Assembly (NCBI GenBank): GCA_000004985.1
Contig: GG738907.1
Length of the DNA: 64,000 nucleotides
From: Naegleria gruberi
Lineage: Eukaryota
Direction: 5' to 3' (one strand)
Below are positions 11,754-24,046 of the stretch, piece by piece. Under the pieces are notes generated by a model. The model saw only the letters and a program-made list of their open reading frames with translations. It made no database searches and was not told the DNA's origin. How positions within the stretch are numbered: position 1 is the stretch's first letter; every line of letters begins with the position of its first letter. Both the position numbers and the translations under genes were made by a program.

Positions 11754-13371
11754 ATGTCGCAACTCAAACTGCTATTCTCTTTGATGCTGCTCATTTCCAT
11801 CATCCTGGTCATGACGATGAATTTTCAAATTAATGGAAAAATCAATCATCACACATTGATGAATATTAATTCCTCCGATGTAGACAAGAAGAAGATGATG
11901 AATTATAATAATCAAAAGCGAGTCAGGGTAAAATCAAACTCTCAATGTGAATGTTCTTCCTATCCAAATTTAGAAATTCATGATGACGAAAAATTGTCTC
12001 AAATTTTGTTGGAGGCCAAAATGGAATTTATGAAGGGTGTTGTGATGGAAAAATTCAATAGTTTGGATGTTACGTTGATGCTACCTGTCAATGGGACTAA
12101 GGTTTGGAGGAGAGGAAGTGTCAATCCTAGAAAATTGACCTATCCAGCAAGTTGTGTGAAATTGGCTTATTTATTTAGTTCATTCCATTGGTGTAAGAAT
12201 GTGAAGAGGGAGAGAATTGTGGATTGTATTGATATTCATACTCATCCAATGATTACTTGGAGTGATAATTTGGAGACTGGATATGTTGTGGATGCCATCT
12301 CTGAACAATTGAATTTGTACGATTTGAATTCTGTCAATGATGCAAGATTTCATTCATGGTTAGAGAAGAGAAATTTCACAATGAAATATTTGGAGAGTAG
12401 AAATTTGATTGGAAATCAAATTTTCATTGCCAAGACCTATCCAACCAATAGTGGACAAATGCCAATTGGAGCAGAGGCAGTTCAGAGATCTTTCACTGGA
12501 CCTAATGCAATGGCTCCATGTTGTGCTGCTTCATTGGTATTGCAGACAATGTATGGACTCGAGAAGGAGGAAACTGATTATGCAAAGAAGTTGTTATTCC
12601 ATAGAAGATTTGATGATTGGAGTGCTATTGCTCCAGCTCTTCCACCTGGAAGTAAGTTTATTTTAATATTATTCGAAATTGACTACTTATTTGAAATGCT
12701 CATCAAATGAATGAATTTGTAATGCAGCTCTCTTACATAACAAGATTGGAAATGCCTATGATAATATTAATGACCTAGTTCATCTTGTTCTTCCAAATGG
12801 AAAGGAAGCAATTGTGGCCATCTTATCCAATGGTTATCAGAGATCAACTGATTCTACTATTCTAGCTCGTTTCACAGAAATTCTTCTTCAAAAATTGGAA
12901 TTATTGAAAGGTTTGCCACCAATTATTACCTTGACCACTGATTCTGGAAATGCTCGTTACAATACACAAGAGGGATGGATCTATTTCAATAATCAAACTA
13001 TTCAAACCATTGGAAAGGACAGAATTGGAAACTCGATTGTTGTTTTACCTCCAAATCAAAAAGTGGCCACAACTCTCTCATGGGATGTTGAGCTACCTGA
13101 AGATGGACTCTACGAAATTACTGTCTATACAGCCACTGTTGAAACATCAGATGGATCTAGTCAATTTGATGTTCCTTGTATTGTTAATTACTATCCGAAT
13201 GCTAGTTCTGGTTCTACTTATCAAACTCGTTTCTCAACTTGGACAAAGATTGGCGACTATTTACTCAACAAGGGTTTGAATAAGAATGTTGTGCAAATTC
13301 AAGTTCCTCTCAATTATCCGTATCCAGTCTCAGTCAATGCCATCAAGTTTAGCAAGTATCCAAATTATTAA
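11754..13371 (+). CDS. secreted class-A beta-lactamase-like (serine beta-lactamase/transpeptidase fold) protein with a C-terminal extension. Two exons.
   Basis: Exon 1 is 11754..12651 with a GTAAGT donor at 12652. Exon 2 is 12728..13371. The 76-nt intron ends in CAG, and the junction is in frame with the downstream ORF 12814..13371. There is a signal peptide (MSQLKLLFSLMLLISIILV). The motifs appear in canonical order: ASCVK (SxxK), WSDNLETG (SDN), SEQLNL (ExxLN omega-loop) and NKIG followed by AIVAILSNG (a KTG-like strand). Confidence 0.6.
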
Positions 13372-13538
13372 ATTTCATTACGAGGTGCATTAATTTCGGT
13401 TCGAAATATATATATAATATATATCATTTTCATTTCGCAATAAACCTCACTCGCATTAATTTCAAATTACAAAAGTAAAAAATTTGTTGTTAATAGTAAG
13501 GTGAACATCGAAATTTGGGTTGTTGAGAATATTAAGTT

Positions 13539-16500
13539 TTATGTAAAATAATATTTATTTAATGGTAAAAAGCGATGTTTAAGCCTCTTCTTCCTTGAGG
13601 TTTGCGTAATTAATATTGTTGTAATTTTCCTTCTTTTCATCACCACTGCCCGAAGAGCCTTCTTCTTTCTTCTGTAAATAACAAAGGCTACCACTCCTAC
13701 AACAAGAATAACAATTACCACTATTAATAAGATTAATCCCAATCCAATGAGGTAGTAATAGTTGTGATTTTCTCCAATAATAACACTGTTAGAGTCTTTT
13801 GGAAGGCCTTGCTGACTTGATTCATGAGTTGGAGGAGGATTTGGTGCAATCATTTGGGATATGATGGCAACGGAAGATGTCCATGATTTTGAGGAGCAGG
13901 ATACTGAGAAGATGGTTGCTTCTCCTTGTTCTATTTGATTAAGGATGGTTGTAGTTACATTATCAGTGTTCCAGCTGTTAGAATCATAGAATGCACATGA
14001 AAGACTTGTTGCTGCCTCTTTCTGAACTGAAATGTTGTGCATGTATAAGTGGATAGGCTCTTTGAGATTTGTTATTTCAATTCTTTCTGTTGTTCCATTT
14101 TGCAATAGAATGAAATTAACTATTGGACTAACTACTTTGGAATTCTCTTGTGATTTTGATGATTCAGGAATTACAGAGGAAGCCATTGTTAGAATCGTTT
14201 GTCCTAAAGTATTATTCAAAAATACATATTCTGAAATAGTGGAAGGTAGGACCATGATGATATTTTCATACTTTTCGAAGGTGATTGTGAGATGATTGTT
14301 AATATTTTGCACTTCCACAATGTTTGTTTCTGTTTCATTTGATTTCGATTCAATATTTGAACAATAGAAAGAATCTTTCTCAGATTCTGGACACAACACA
14401 TTTTGATCACATTCAGCTCCAAAATATCCATACTTGCATTGACACTTGTCTAATGAAGAGCAGAATCCATTACCAGAACAAACACGTTCATCAGAGAATG
14501 CAATACCAAAACAGTTGAATAACTCACAAGAATCACCAAAGTAGCCACCAGAACATTCACACTTATTTGGAGATACGCAATTCCCTCTGGACGAGCAAAC
14601 TGTCTTGTTGGACATTAGAATATCAAAACATTTGAAAAGTTCACATTCATCTCCTTCATAACCCTCTAAACATTCACATTCATTATATCCAATACAATTA
14701 CCTTTTCCAGAACAAACATTATTAGCAGAAGGTATCTTTCCATAGCAAATTGTATTATCGAGGGTCAATTGAAGCATTGGATTTGGCTCTCCAGCTTTAC
14801 CAGAAATAGCAATAGAAAGTTCCACATAGCTCGATGAAAATTCTGTTATTGGAATAATTAGTGATCTGTCATGGTCTCCATTCGAAGAGTAGCTGCTGTA
14901 GTCTGGGGAGTAAATTTGTTTAGCAACACCGACATTCACATAACCTGAAACAGCCTTAATATTCAAAACGAGATAGTCAGAATATGGCCGTCCGTAATAA
15001 TTGAGGATGTTGGGCATTCCATCAGTAGATGCCTTCATCAATATAGTATCTCGTAAACGGATGAAGGCGTCATCTAAGAAGGCAGATAATTTGAATGTGG
15101 AAGCAACTAGCCCGTAAACTCCAATGTAATAGCATCCAACTTGTTGATTGCTTAACATGAGAACTTGACCGTATTGAGTTTCAGGATCCACTTTCCAATT
15201 ATAATGAGTTTCATTCGCAGGTTGGCAGTCATTAGAAACATACATGATTGTGGAGCCGGTAATATTGATCAACGCAAAGGAAAGATGTGAAGCAATGTTT
15301 TTTTTGAGATCGAATCTGAATTGATGAATCTCATTGTTAGCGACACTATCTTCCCCAGAAATTCTATTCAAAGGTAATACTCTGTAAATAATTTTCACTT
15401 TCAACTTATACGAAACAGGAGTTGAAGAACTCGTCTTGACAGCAATGTAAAGGTAACTTCCTGAAAAGAGGATTTCCTGGTTGTAAATACCATTAATTTC
15501 TTGTGGTGCACCATCTTGCCCTATTGGTTTAGGATTTTCGGTACTGTAATAAAGGTTAATGACACCAACACTTTCAATTGAAATGAGCAATTTCATTGAA
15601 CCATCCAATGGATATTGGTAAAATTGATAGAAATCCGTATTTACAATTTTAGAGGAAACAATCTGGTCATTTGATAAGAGAATTGACTTGTTTGATTGTA
15701 AAGCCATTATTGAGTAGTATGAAAGTGCTGAAAGTTCTGAATAAGTTCCTTCCACTGTAACACGAAACTCATTTGAAGTTATGAGTTTAGAGATTCCTGG
15801 AATTAGCAATGCATTTGGTGACCGTGTACTCCAATTATAATCTCTTGGAGAAGGAAAGGTATTCTTGGTATTGACATACAACTCAACGCTTCCAACTGAT
15901 GTTGAAATGAAGAACATTATATCAGTATTGTTAAGTTCCTCTTGCTTGGCTTTGAAAGTGAAGTATCCATATTTTCCATAAGGTACAACAAACAATCCAA
16001 CTCTTCTTCCATTGATCAATTCTGTTGGAGGATTTTCTGTTGAATATGTCAACGTATAAGAAGAGTCAACTTCACCAAAAACAGAAAATTTGAGATCACT
16101 TCTCTCGTTAATAATCAGTTGTCCAGGTTGACCTACTGTTCCATTAGCTGCCCTAGTGTGAACATATTGATTTGGTCTTTCACTTTCAAAGGAAAGGAAC
16201 AATTTCACACTTCCAAAAAATACAGTCAATGTAAGGCTACTTTTTAGCATATCTTTCTTGTTATGTTGGTAGTAATTCAATTGATTTGCAGCAACTGTTC
16301 CATTCACAGCAACATCCTCTTGTAAAAGCACGTATTCTGGCATTGATTTTACGGTCAAAGTTACCAATCCAATCTTGATTCCAATGTAATAAGTGCCAAC
16401 CTTTGAATCACTCATAGGAATTTGCTTTACTTTTTCTCTATTTGCCAACATGTAATAATCATAACTGTTCTCAGTTGGTTTGGTTCCATACTTGATATAA

Positions 16501-17447
16501 AAGTCTACCATCTTGGTTGTTCTCACAATAACTTCAAACCTTAAATTTTGTAATATCAAGTTATTGTAAACAAAATAGTGCAAATCTGAAGTTGGTGAAT
16601 CCTCCCTGAATGCAATACTAAGACTCTCAGATATCATTGTTGAAGTATTTGCTTGACATGAAACTATTGTAAACTTGTTGTCAACAAAATATCCATACAC
16701 TCCAATCCAGTACTCTCTTGGAGAATTTTCCTCCACTGGAATGGTAACAGAATCAGGTCCATAACTACGTGATGCATAATCATAATCTGTACTGGTTGGA
16801 AATTGAGATATTCCTGAAACATATAGATCAGAATCTCCCTCTTGAGTACCAATAGAAATATAGAGCTTTGTTGGTAGTTGACCAGTGACTTTAACTTTAA
16901 AATAGGAATAACCATTTCTCTCTACCTGACTGTATTGTGGTTGACCATCAACTAGAGTAACATGTGCTGTTTAGGTTCGTTTCCAATAGTAAAAATTTCC
17001 CATGTTTTACAACTTACCTGGACTAGTACTTCCCCACAAGTTGAAAGTAAACCTAGCAGGAGTATTACCATACACACCAATTGTGAAAATATTTCCATTA
17101 CTTGGCCATGTTCCATTCGCAGTGACAAGTAAACTTGGATACGAAAGCAAACACTTTTCACACTGTAAAGTTGGTTGACCATACGTGCTAACATACATGT
17201 AGACTTCACCACTCAACGGAGTCAATGCAAATGTAGCAACAGCACTAGAAAAAAGACTTGGATCTACATAGTAATAATGCCATCCTCCTTCTTCTACCAT
17301 ACCATTTATAGGAATACCAATTTGTTGAATGATTTCTGCTTGATTTTGAGTGGACAGTAAAATATTTAATAATAAAATGATGGTTATCAACAAGAGGGAA
17401 ACAGGAAACAGCTGTGTACGGACCACCACTGGTGGTGTGGAAACCAT
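13539..17447 (-). CDS. large type-I membrane protein of about 1285 aa with a signal peptide, a big extracellular region, three tenascin-type EGF repeats, a TM helix and a short basic tail. Two exons.
   Basis: Exon 1 is 17447..17018 (signal-peptide-like MVSTPPVVVRTQLFPVSLLLITIILLLNILL). A 52-nt intron runs 17017..16966, GTAAGT...CAG. Exon 2 is 16965..13539, in frame with the supplied ORF 13539..16736. The EGF repeats read CYGKIPSANNVCSGKGNCIGYNECECLEGYEGDECE and two more. The TM helix is YYLIGLGLILLIVVIVILVVGVVAFVIY followed by RRKKK. Confidence 0.7.
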
Positions 17448-17917
17448 GTTGGGTTGATTTTTTTTTTGAAGGAGATTCGAATAAAGTTGTGAGATTTACC
17501 TTTCTCCTTTCAAGTCAAACAGCCAATAAAAAATTGTGCGTACTTTTGTTTGCTTTTTACAACTTTCCATTTGGTATACACTCAATTGTGTCATTAAATA
17601 TTTTCACAAAGAAAAACTTATAATGTTGATGAAGGTCAATTAAAATCAATTGCAAAAATTTGACAGCTCTTATTTTATGGATAAACAATTCAATGATTTT
17701 TTGAATGATGATTCAATCTTGTATGAGAAATTAAAGAAATTACGAAAGCTTTCCAATAAGAGTTCAACCTTGGAATAAAGATTACAATAAATATTATTAT
17801 TTTGTATTATTCTATATATATTCCTCTAGGTACCAACCAAATTGAAATATGATTCTACTCTATTATTAAAATTAAAAATAAATTCATCGAAAAAAAAATA
17901 TTCGAAACAAAACTAAA

Positions 17918-19155
17918 ATGGCTTCTAACGGCAAAAAAATTGATATGCACGTTCATATCCTCCCATCAACCGTTCCTGATTGGAAAGAAGAATTTGGCTA
18001 TGGCGGATTTATTTCTATCGAACAAGAAACAACCTCCGACAATAAAGTAAAAGCAAACATGATGAAGGATGGTCAATTCTTTAGAGCTGTTGAAGAAAAT
18101 TGTTGGAATCCAGAGGCTCGTTTGGAAGATATGAAGAAGACAGGTGTAACTGCACAAGTTTTGTCAACTGTTCCTGTCATGTTTAATTATTGGGCTAAAC
18201 CGAATGATGCATTGAAAACTTCAATGTTTTTGAATGATGACATTGCTAATACTTGTAACAAATATGAGGATTATTTCTTGGGACTTGGAACTGTGCCAAT
18301 GCAAGCACCTGATTTGGCATGTAAGGAAATTCGTAGATGTATGGAAGAATTGCACTTGTCAGGAGTAAGTTTTTAAAAGTTTTAAAATTTGAGAAAAATG
18401 AAAAATTGGAAAATAGATTCAAATTGGATCTCATATTAATAATTACTGTTTGGATGATCCTTCATTATTCCCAATTTTTGAAACTGCTGCTGAATTGGAT
18501 TGTCCAATAATGATTCATCCTTGGCAAATGATTGGTTCTGATTTGATGAAAAAATATTGGTTGCCTTGGTTGGTAAGTTTTTCAACATTATTTGAATGGA
18601 ATTTAATATTGAATCGAATAATAATAGGTTGGTATGCCTGCTGAGACTACTTTGGCAATTTGCAGTTTAATTTTCGGTGGAGTATTGGAAAAATTACCAA
18701 ATCTCAAAGTTTGCTTTTCACATGGTATGTTTCATTGTTGAAAATTGAATTTCTAATAATATTTAAATTAGGTGGTGGTAGTTTCCCATATACTATTGGT
18801 AGAATTGAACATGGATACAATGTTAGACCAGATTTGTGTCAAGTAGATTGTAAAGTCAACCCAAGAGATTTCTGTGGAAAAATTTGGGCTGATACCATAA
18901 CACATGATGATGACGTAAGTTATTGAAATTCACAATTTTCAAATTGACATTGACATTTAATAGGCCCTCAAATTACTAGTCAAAGTTTTTGGAGATGATA
19001 GAGTAATGCTTGGATCTGATTATCCATTCCCATTGGGTGAACATCATCCTGGAAAATTAGTTGAAGATTCTACAAGTTTCTCCCAAGAACAAAAGGATAA
19101 GCTTCTCTATTATAATACTAAAGAATTTTTGAATATTCCAAAGGATAAATTTTAA
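17918..19155 (+). CDS. ACMSD: 2-amino-3-carboxymuconate-6-semialdehyde decarboxylase (ACMSD, amidohydrolase-2 family). Five exons.
   Basis: The exons are 17918..18364, 18417..18572, 18628..18724, 18772..18914 and 18964..19155. Introns are 47-55 nt of GTAAGT/GTATGT...TAG type. The spliced protein aligns along its length with animal ACMSD: the metal-binding HxH start (IDMHVHILP), [54 protein letters not shown] and [11 protein letters not shown]. Confidence 0.9.
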
Positions 19156-19294
19156 ATAAATGGAATTGAGATTTAGAATTGAGATTAAAGTGGAAAATAT
19201 TCGAAAGTTACAAAATTATTAGATAAGAAATGGTAATTTATTTATTTCATATTTTTGAGATTACCATGATTGAATTGGCTTCGAATGTGAAAAT

Positions 19295-20538
19295 TTAAAT
19301 ATCAGCAAGACCAGACCAAACGTTGCTTTCAATACCACATTCGTCCTTTCCTCTCAAAATCCAGAAGTGTCCATCCTTTGAAAAATGTTAAACTAAACTA
19401 TATTCGAAAGTCGTAAACTTACAATTCCCCAAGAAGTTCCCCAAGAATTGGCAACAATCCAATATGGAGTTTCCTTTCCATCAGAAGTAACACCCCAACC
19501 TTGATTTGTAATTTCAATTATTTAACACTTTACAAAAAATTTCAATTCTAAACTTACCAATAACCTTAATAGCGTGACCACCCATAACACCACCAGTAAC
19601 ATGTCTATAAACACCCTTCTTATAAGAGAAGAAATCCCTATTTTCCATTAAAATTTCGTATAAATTATTATAAATTCAAAAATTGTAAACTTACTTGTAA
19701 ACAGTGAAAGCAGCTTGAACTGGACCATTAGCTTGAATATCCTTTTGAATATCAGAAACTGATCTCAAGTGAGCAATACTATCCTTCTTAACCTTGACCA
19801 ATTCAATTTGAGATCCATCTTTACAATTTCTAGCACAAGTGTTAACTTTTCCATTTTCACCAGAATAGTATGGGTCACATTCTTCGGTTGGGATACCAGT
19901 TGTGGCTAAGAACTTCCAGGCCAAGTTGAGGTAACCACCTTCGCAGCCATAGTTGGATTTATCGCAAGAAACCATGTATTGTGGGGAGAGAACGTGGTCA
20001 ACTGAGCCATTGGTGGCAATACAGAGTCTGTCAGAGACAACTTCTGAGGCAGCTGATTGAATTATTAGAGAATTGAATCGATTTTTGATACTTACAAACT
20101 ATGTAGAATGTGAATATTGATTCAAATATGAAAAATCAAACTTACAAGCCCAACAGGAACCACAATTCTATAAAAGGAAATTCTATTAGTTTCTAATAGA
20201 TTGAAAATACTTACTCCTTGATCACGAACTTCATGAACACAATGACCCCACTTTTCTCTTGAATCAAAAGTAGTGGCAACTCTAACATTTTGTTGAATAG
20301 TCTTTCTTGGAAGATTATTGACAGGATCAACAATGACAGCTCCCAATAATTTTCTAGCTTCACCCAAAGTCATTCCTTCAAATCTTGGATACTTGGTAGC
20401 AGTCCAACCAACATCACTATTAGCATTAATTCTGGCGATCATTCTATGATCATGAACTGGTCTACTGTCCAAGAAGGATTGGCACATGACAGCAGAAATT
20501 GCAACGAGCAATAAGACACAACAGGTAACAACTCTCAT
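19295..20538 (-). CDS. cathepsin B-like papain-family cysteine protease, secreted. Six exons.
   Basis: The minus-strand exons are 20538..20215, 20167..20146, 20052..19695, 19637..19558, 19499..19423 and 19385..19295. Introns are 37-93 nt, GTAAGT...AG. A signal peptide is followed by the pro-region, then RDQG|NCGSCWA (active-site Cys), [17 protein letters not shown] (occluding-loop region), [11 protein letters not shown] (active-site His) and NSWGTSWG. The exon 2-3 junction is uncertain and may hide a 4-nt microexon. Confidence 0.8.
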
Positions 20539-20709
20539 TGTTTTCTTTTGATTTTTTTTGATAATAAGATGACAATAGAATAGTTTGATTGGGTATTTAT
20601 TGGATTTTCTTATTCGGATTTCGGAGATGCAATGTGGAGAAGGAACGGAACGGAGACGGAAAGATTTTTATGGATTTTTTAAAAAGATTTCAATGTTAAA
20701 GAAATTATT

Positions 20710-22659
20710 TTATTGTTGTAAATATCTGCAGCCAACAAGATATAGTAAATAAATCAAAATCAGCTTCAATGTCAAGGCAATGACAGCTGCATTGGTTTCT
20801 GTTGAACTAGTTCTGAATCTCTTTGATGCAAAATAATCTGGATAGATCTGTTCTGTTTTAGTGAGCTTCAACAAGTCATCAATTGACCATTCTCCATTTC
20901 TATTTGGGGAATGATTCAACAAACGCAAGATGATTTCCTTTCTGCCTTCATAATCTGCAAGTTGATAAATTTCAAATAATTGTCCAGCTAATATTCTAGA
21001 AAGCAAAATGTTAAATGTTTTGTGAGGTCTTTCAATATCCTTCTTGGATAATAAACTTGCATAATTTACATTTTTAGAAATTTCCAAAGTTTCCAAATTT
21101 GGTAGTTGTTTTAAATAATTTACAAATTCGTCATTGAAAAATTGAACTGGATCTACTTCTGTCTTGTAATGAACGAGGAATAGTTTGAGGAGGAGAATAT
21201 TCTTGATAAATTCTTCTCTAGTTTCCAATGGTCGAGTGAATTTCTTATTAAAGAACTTGGCCACACGAACAGTATTGAATCCAATGTCGAAAATTGACAT
21301 TTTAGAATCAGTAGCAATGGTTTCGAACAGGAAAGGAATGACATGTTTGAAATTGGAAGATAACGTGTCCAGTTCTGTAAAATTATTGAGATTCAGCAAG
21401 ATTAATTCATGTAAACTGAAAGCTAGAGATCTAATTAGAGCTCTATACTCCAAAGAGTTCAATTTCGTGTCATTTCCATACAGTACAATCACCATGGCAG
21501 GTGTTCTTCCTTCCTTAATAGTAAACGTCTTACAGGGAAAATCTTCTGTTGAATTTTCCTTCTTTCTTCCTTTAACAATGTAAATAGTTCCGAAACTCTT
21601 CGATTTCTTATCACCTTCATGGCATTGAATTCTAACAAATGAATTTTCATTATCCTTAAAGAGTGAAAAATAGAAATTTCCCTTATTCATGGATATGAAA
21701 TCTTTAACTGCCTTATCAGTTGAAAATTTTCCATATTTTTCAATATTCAAATGAGGGAAAACCAACAGGGTTCTAATAAAACTCAATCTGTTTTGTAATT
21801 TCCAAATTGGAATACTTGATTTGAATGGAGAAAATCTTAAAACACTTTCAATGGAACGTTGAGCATGTGGCTTGACAAGTTCCATTCCAGTTTCGAATAT
21901 TTTCAAGAATTCGCTTGGCTCTTTCAACATTAGCTCTTCTCTATGAATCTTGCCTTTGATAAATTCATCTCTCAATAAATTCTCCATGTCTTGATTGAGA
22001 GAATGTGAATTTTCATAAGATTCCAATGATTTTCCATCATTTTTCCAACTTGGTTTGACATTTGGCAACTGAAATGATGGAACACTTTCATCTCCTCCAA
22101 AATATTGCTCTAACAACTCGTCCATGTATGGAACTTTCTGATTATAAACTTCATTCGAATATTTTTCAACCATTTCCAAATTTTTCTTCAATTCCAATTC
22201 AAGAATTTTCAATTTTTCCTTTTGATTTTCAATAAATTTTAATTCTTCTTCTGTTAAAATCTCATTCATCACATAAATCCATCTCTTGATTGGTAAATAA
22301 TGTGAAATTATCAAATCTTCCATTGTTGGTCGCATTTCTGCTTGTTTGTTTCGAATAGCAAGTCGTGGAATGGTTTTTAATGCATTTTCCAATGAATTTA
22401 ATTTAGTTTGAATTAAATTATGGAAGGAATCTTGCCAGAAGGGAGAATTTACATTCTTCTTGTGATGATCACTTCTTGTAATTAATTTATAAATTGTTGG
22501 AAAGGAATCGTCCAGTTTCGGAGTGGTCTTAACTTGTCTATAGAAACGATTGACAACTTTTCTGGCATAATTTCTGTAAGAATGTGTTTCGTATGAGATT
22601 AAACTTGTGCCAATTCGATGAAATTTTCCCACAGAACCCGAAACTAAAGGTTTCATCAT
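20710..22659 (-). CDS. hypothetical protein of 649 aa with a C-terminal hydrophobic segment, possibly tail-anchored
   Basis: A single long ORF with an ATG at 22659..22657. The C-terminus AAVIALTLKLILIYLLYLVGC is TM-like. I recognised no domain. Confidence 0.45.
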   Translation of the reverse strand: MMKPLVSGSVGKFHRIGTSLISYETHSYRNYARKVVNRFYRQVKTTPKLDDSFPTIYKLITRSDHHKKNVNSPFWQDSFHNLIQTKLNSLENALKTIPRLAIRNKQAEMRPTMEDLIISHYLPIKRWIYVMNEILTEEELKFIENQKEKLKILELELKKNLEMVEKYSNEVYNQKVPYMDELLEQYFGGDESVPSFQLPNVKPSWKNDGKSLESYENSHSLNQDMENLLRDEFIKGKIHREELMLKEPSEFLKIFETGMELVKPHAQRSIESVLRFSPFKSSIPIWKLQNRLSFIRTLLVFPHLNIEKYGKFSTDKAVKDFISMNKGNFYFSLFKDNENSFVRIQCHEGDKKSKSFGTIYIVKGRKKENSTEDFPCKTFTIKEGRTPAMVIVLYGNDTKLNSLEYRALIRSLAFSLHELILLNLNNFTELDTLSSNFKHVIPFLFETIATDSKMSIFDIGFNTVRVAKFFNKKFTRPLETREEFIKNILLLKLFLVHYKTEVDPVQFFNDEFVNYLKQLPNLETLEISKNVNYASLLSKKDIERPHKTFNILLSRILAGQLFEIYQLADYEGRKEIILRLLNHSPNRNGEWSIDDLLKLTKTEQIYPDYFASKRFRTSSTETNAAVIALTLKLILIYLLYLVGCRYLQQ

Positions 22660-22703
22660 TTTTTTATTTACATTTAAATATTAAATTTTGATTGAATTGT
22701 TAT

Positions 22704-23060
22704 TTACAAATTTTCTTTTTGATAAATTTCAACTTGCTTGATCATATTGAAAAGCAAATCTTCAACTTGCATGGCAGATTTTTCAATTCCATTTACAAAT
22801 TGACTATATAAGGTAAAATTAGTTTCCTTTCCACACATGCCAAGTTTCTGAACGAGTGGCATTCTGTCGAATTCTTCTATTTGTTTCCTTCTTTCTGAAT
22901 ATTTCTCAATTCTTTCATTTTCTGAATAGATAAAAAAGTATAAATACCATTCTAGGTAAAGATCCAATTTTCTACTTGACAATTCGTCAACAGATTGGTG
23001 ACCAGTATGGGAAATGAACATTCTCTCGAGGGGAATCCAATAATTTTCATAAATTTGCAA
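22704..23060 (-). other. downstream ORF that overlaps the DUF262 CDS end by 14 nt in another frame. It is either a frameshifted C-terminal continuation (pseudogene or assembly indel) or spurious.
   Basis: It starts at TTG, not ATG. No GT..AG intron can join the two frames. I see no recognisable DUF1524/HNH motif. Confidence 0.3.
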
Positions 23061-23874
23061 TTTGCTTAGTTTCGTCCAGTTTGGAAAGTAAGTGATTCTT
23101 GATTAGGTCTGAATAGGATAAGTCAATTCCAGGAGTTTTGATGTAAAAGAGAATTTGATTGGATTTTCCAACATCGTACCGTTCTCCAAAACATTCTTGT
23201 GCATTAATTTCAGATTCTTCATATTCAATAATCACAAATTTACCATTTATGGTAAGAATTGGAATAAGGCTTGATTTTACAATGGCCAAACTATTAACTT
23301 GTTGTTTTACAAGTTGTGATTTGAAGATTTTGTAAAATATTTGTCTGGTATTGTGCATATTAGAGTTTTGAAGAAGATTAGTTTGATCACCTTTGAATCC
23401 AATAAGAATTTCGATATTCGAAACTCTGTCGTCATGACTTGGGATTAATCGAGAAACATTCTTTGCAATTTCACTTGCCTTTGCATATTTATCTTCACTT
23501 GACAAGTATTCCTCTTGCAATTTCTTCAAATCAACTGACTTGACAAAGATATACGAATGAATTTCGTCTAAAATCTTTTCACTATCTACCAATTCCAAAG
23601 CAGCATCTCTCAAAGCACAAATCCCAATCAACAAGGTAGTCAATCTCTGTTGACCATCAATACAAACTCTACTTGCCAACTTCTTTTGAAAAAACAACTT
23701 TCCAATATGATGACCGAATGAAGTTCCATTGAAAACCAAATCATTGTACAATTGCTTGACAATCTTACTATTCCAGCAATATTTTCTTTGATAGATTGGA
23801 ATCTGAATCTGTGAACTCTTACCAAATGAAGGATCTTTAAATAGAGAGCTAAGTGTATGTGGTTCGATTTTCAT
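23047..23874 (-). CDS. DUF262 (ParB/Srx-like nuclease superfamily, GmrSD N-terminal type) domain protein. It appears intronless.
   Basis: The hallmark DUF262 motifs are present: IQIPIYQRKYCW (the IP.YQR.Y.W motif) and CIDGQQRLTTLLIG (the DGQQR motif). It is a continuous 275-aa ORF with no GTAAGT-type intron, unlike most neighbouring genes. Confidence 0.65.
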   Translation of the reverse strand: MKIEPHTLSSLFKDPSFGKSSQIQIPIYQRKYCWNSKIVKQLYNDLVFNGTSFGHHIGKLFFQKKLASRVCIDGQQRLTTLLIGICALRDAALELVDSEKILDEIHSYIFVKSVDLKKLQEEYLSSEDKYAKASEIAKNVSRLIPSHDDRVSNIEILIGFKGDQTNLLQNSNMHNTRQIFYKIFKSQLVKQQVNSLAIVKSSLIPILTINGKFVIIEYEESEINAQECFGERYDVGKSNQILFYIKTPGIDLSYSDLIKNHLLSKLDETKQIANL

Positions 23875-24046
23875 TCTTTTTTTTTGATTTTGTTTTTGTG
23901 TTTTTACAATTTTGCGCTATTTATAGTTTTTACAGTGCTCTTGAAAAATTTTGTAAAGTTCTCAGAGCAATGTTTTTTATAGCTGGGAAGAATTTAGGAG
24001 TTTAAAATTTCAAAATTGTTTTTTTATTAATGATATGTTTGTGGAA

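Noticed and set aside
17677-17778. 33-codon ATG ORF (MDKQFNDFLNDDSILYEKLKKLRKLSNKSSTLE) in the ACMSD upstream region
   Set aside because: It is too short to support and has no homology signal. It is possibly a uORF or chance.
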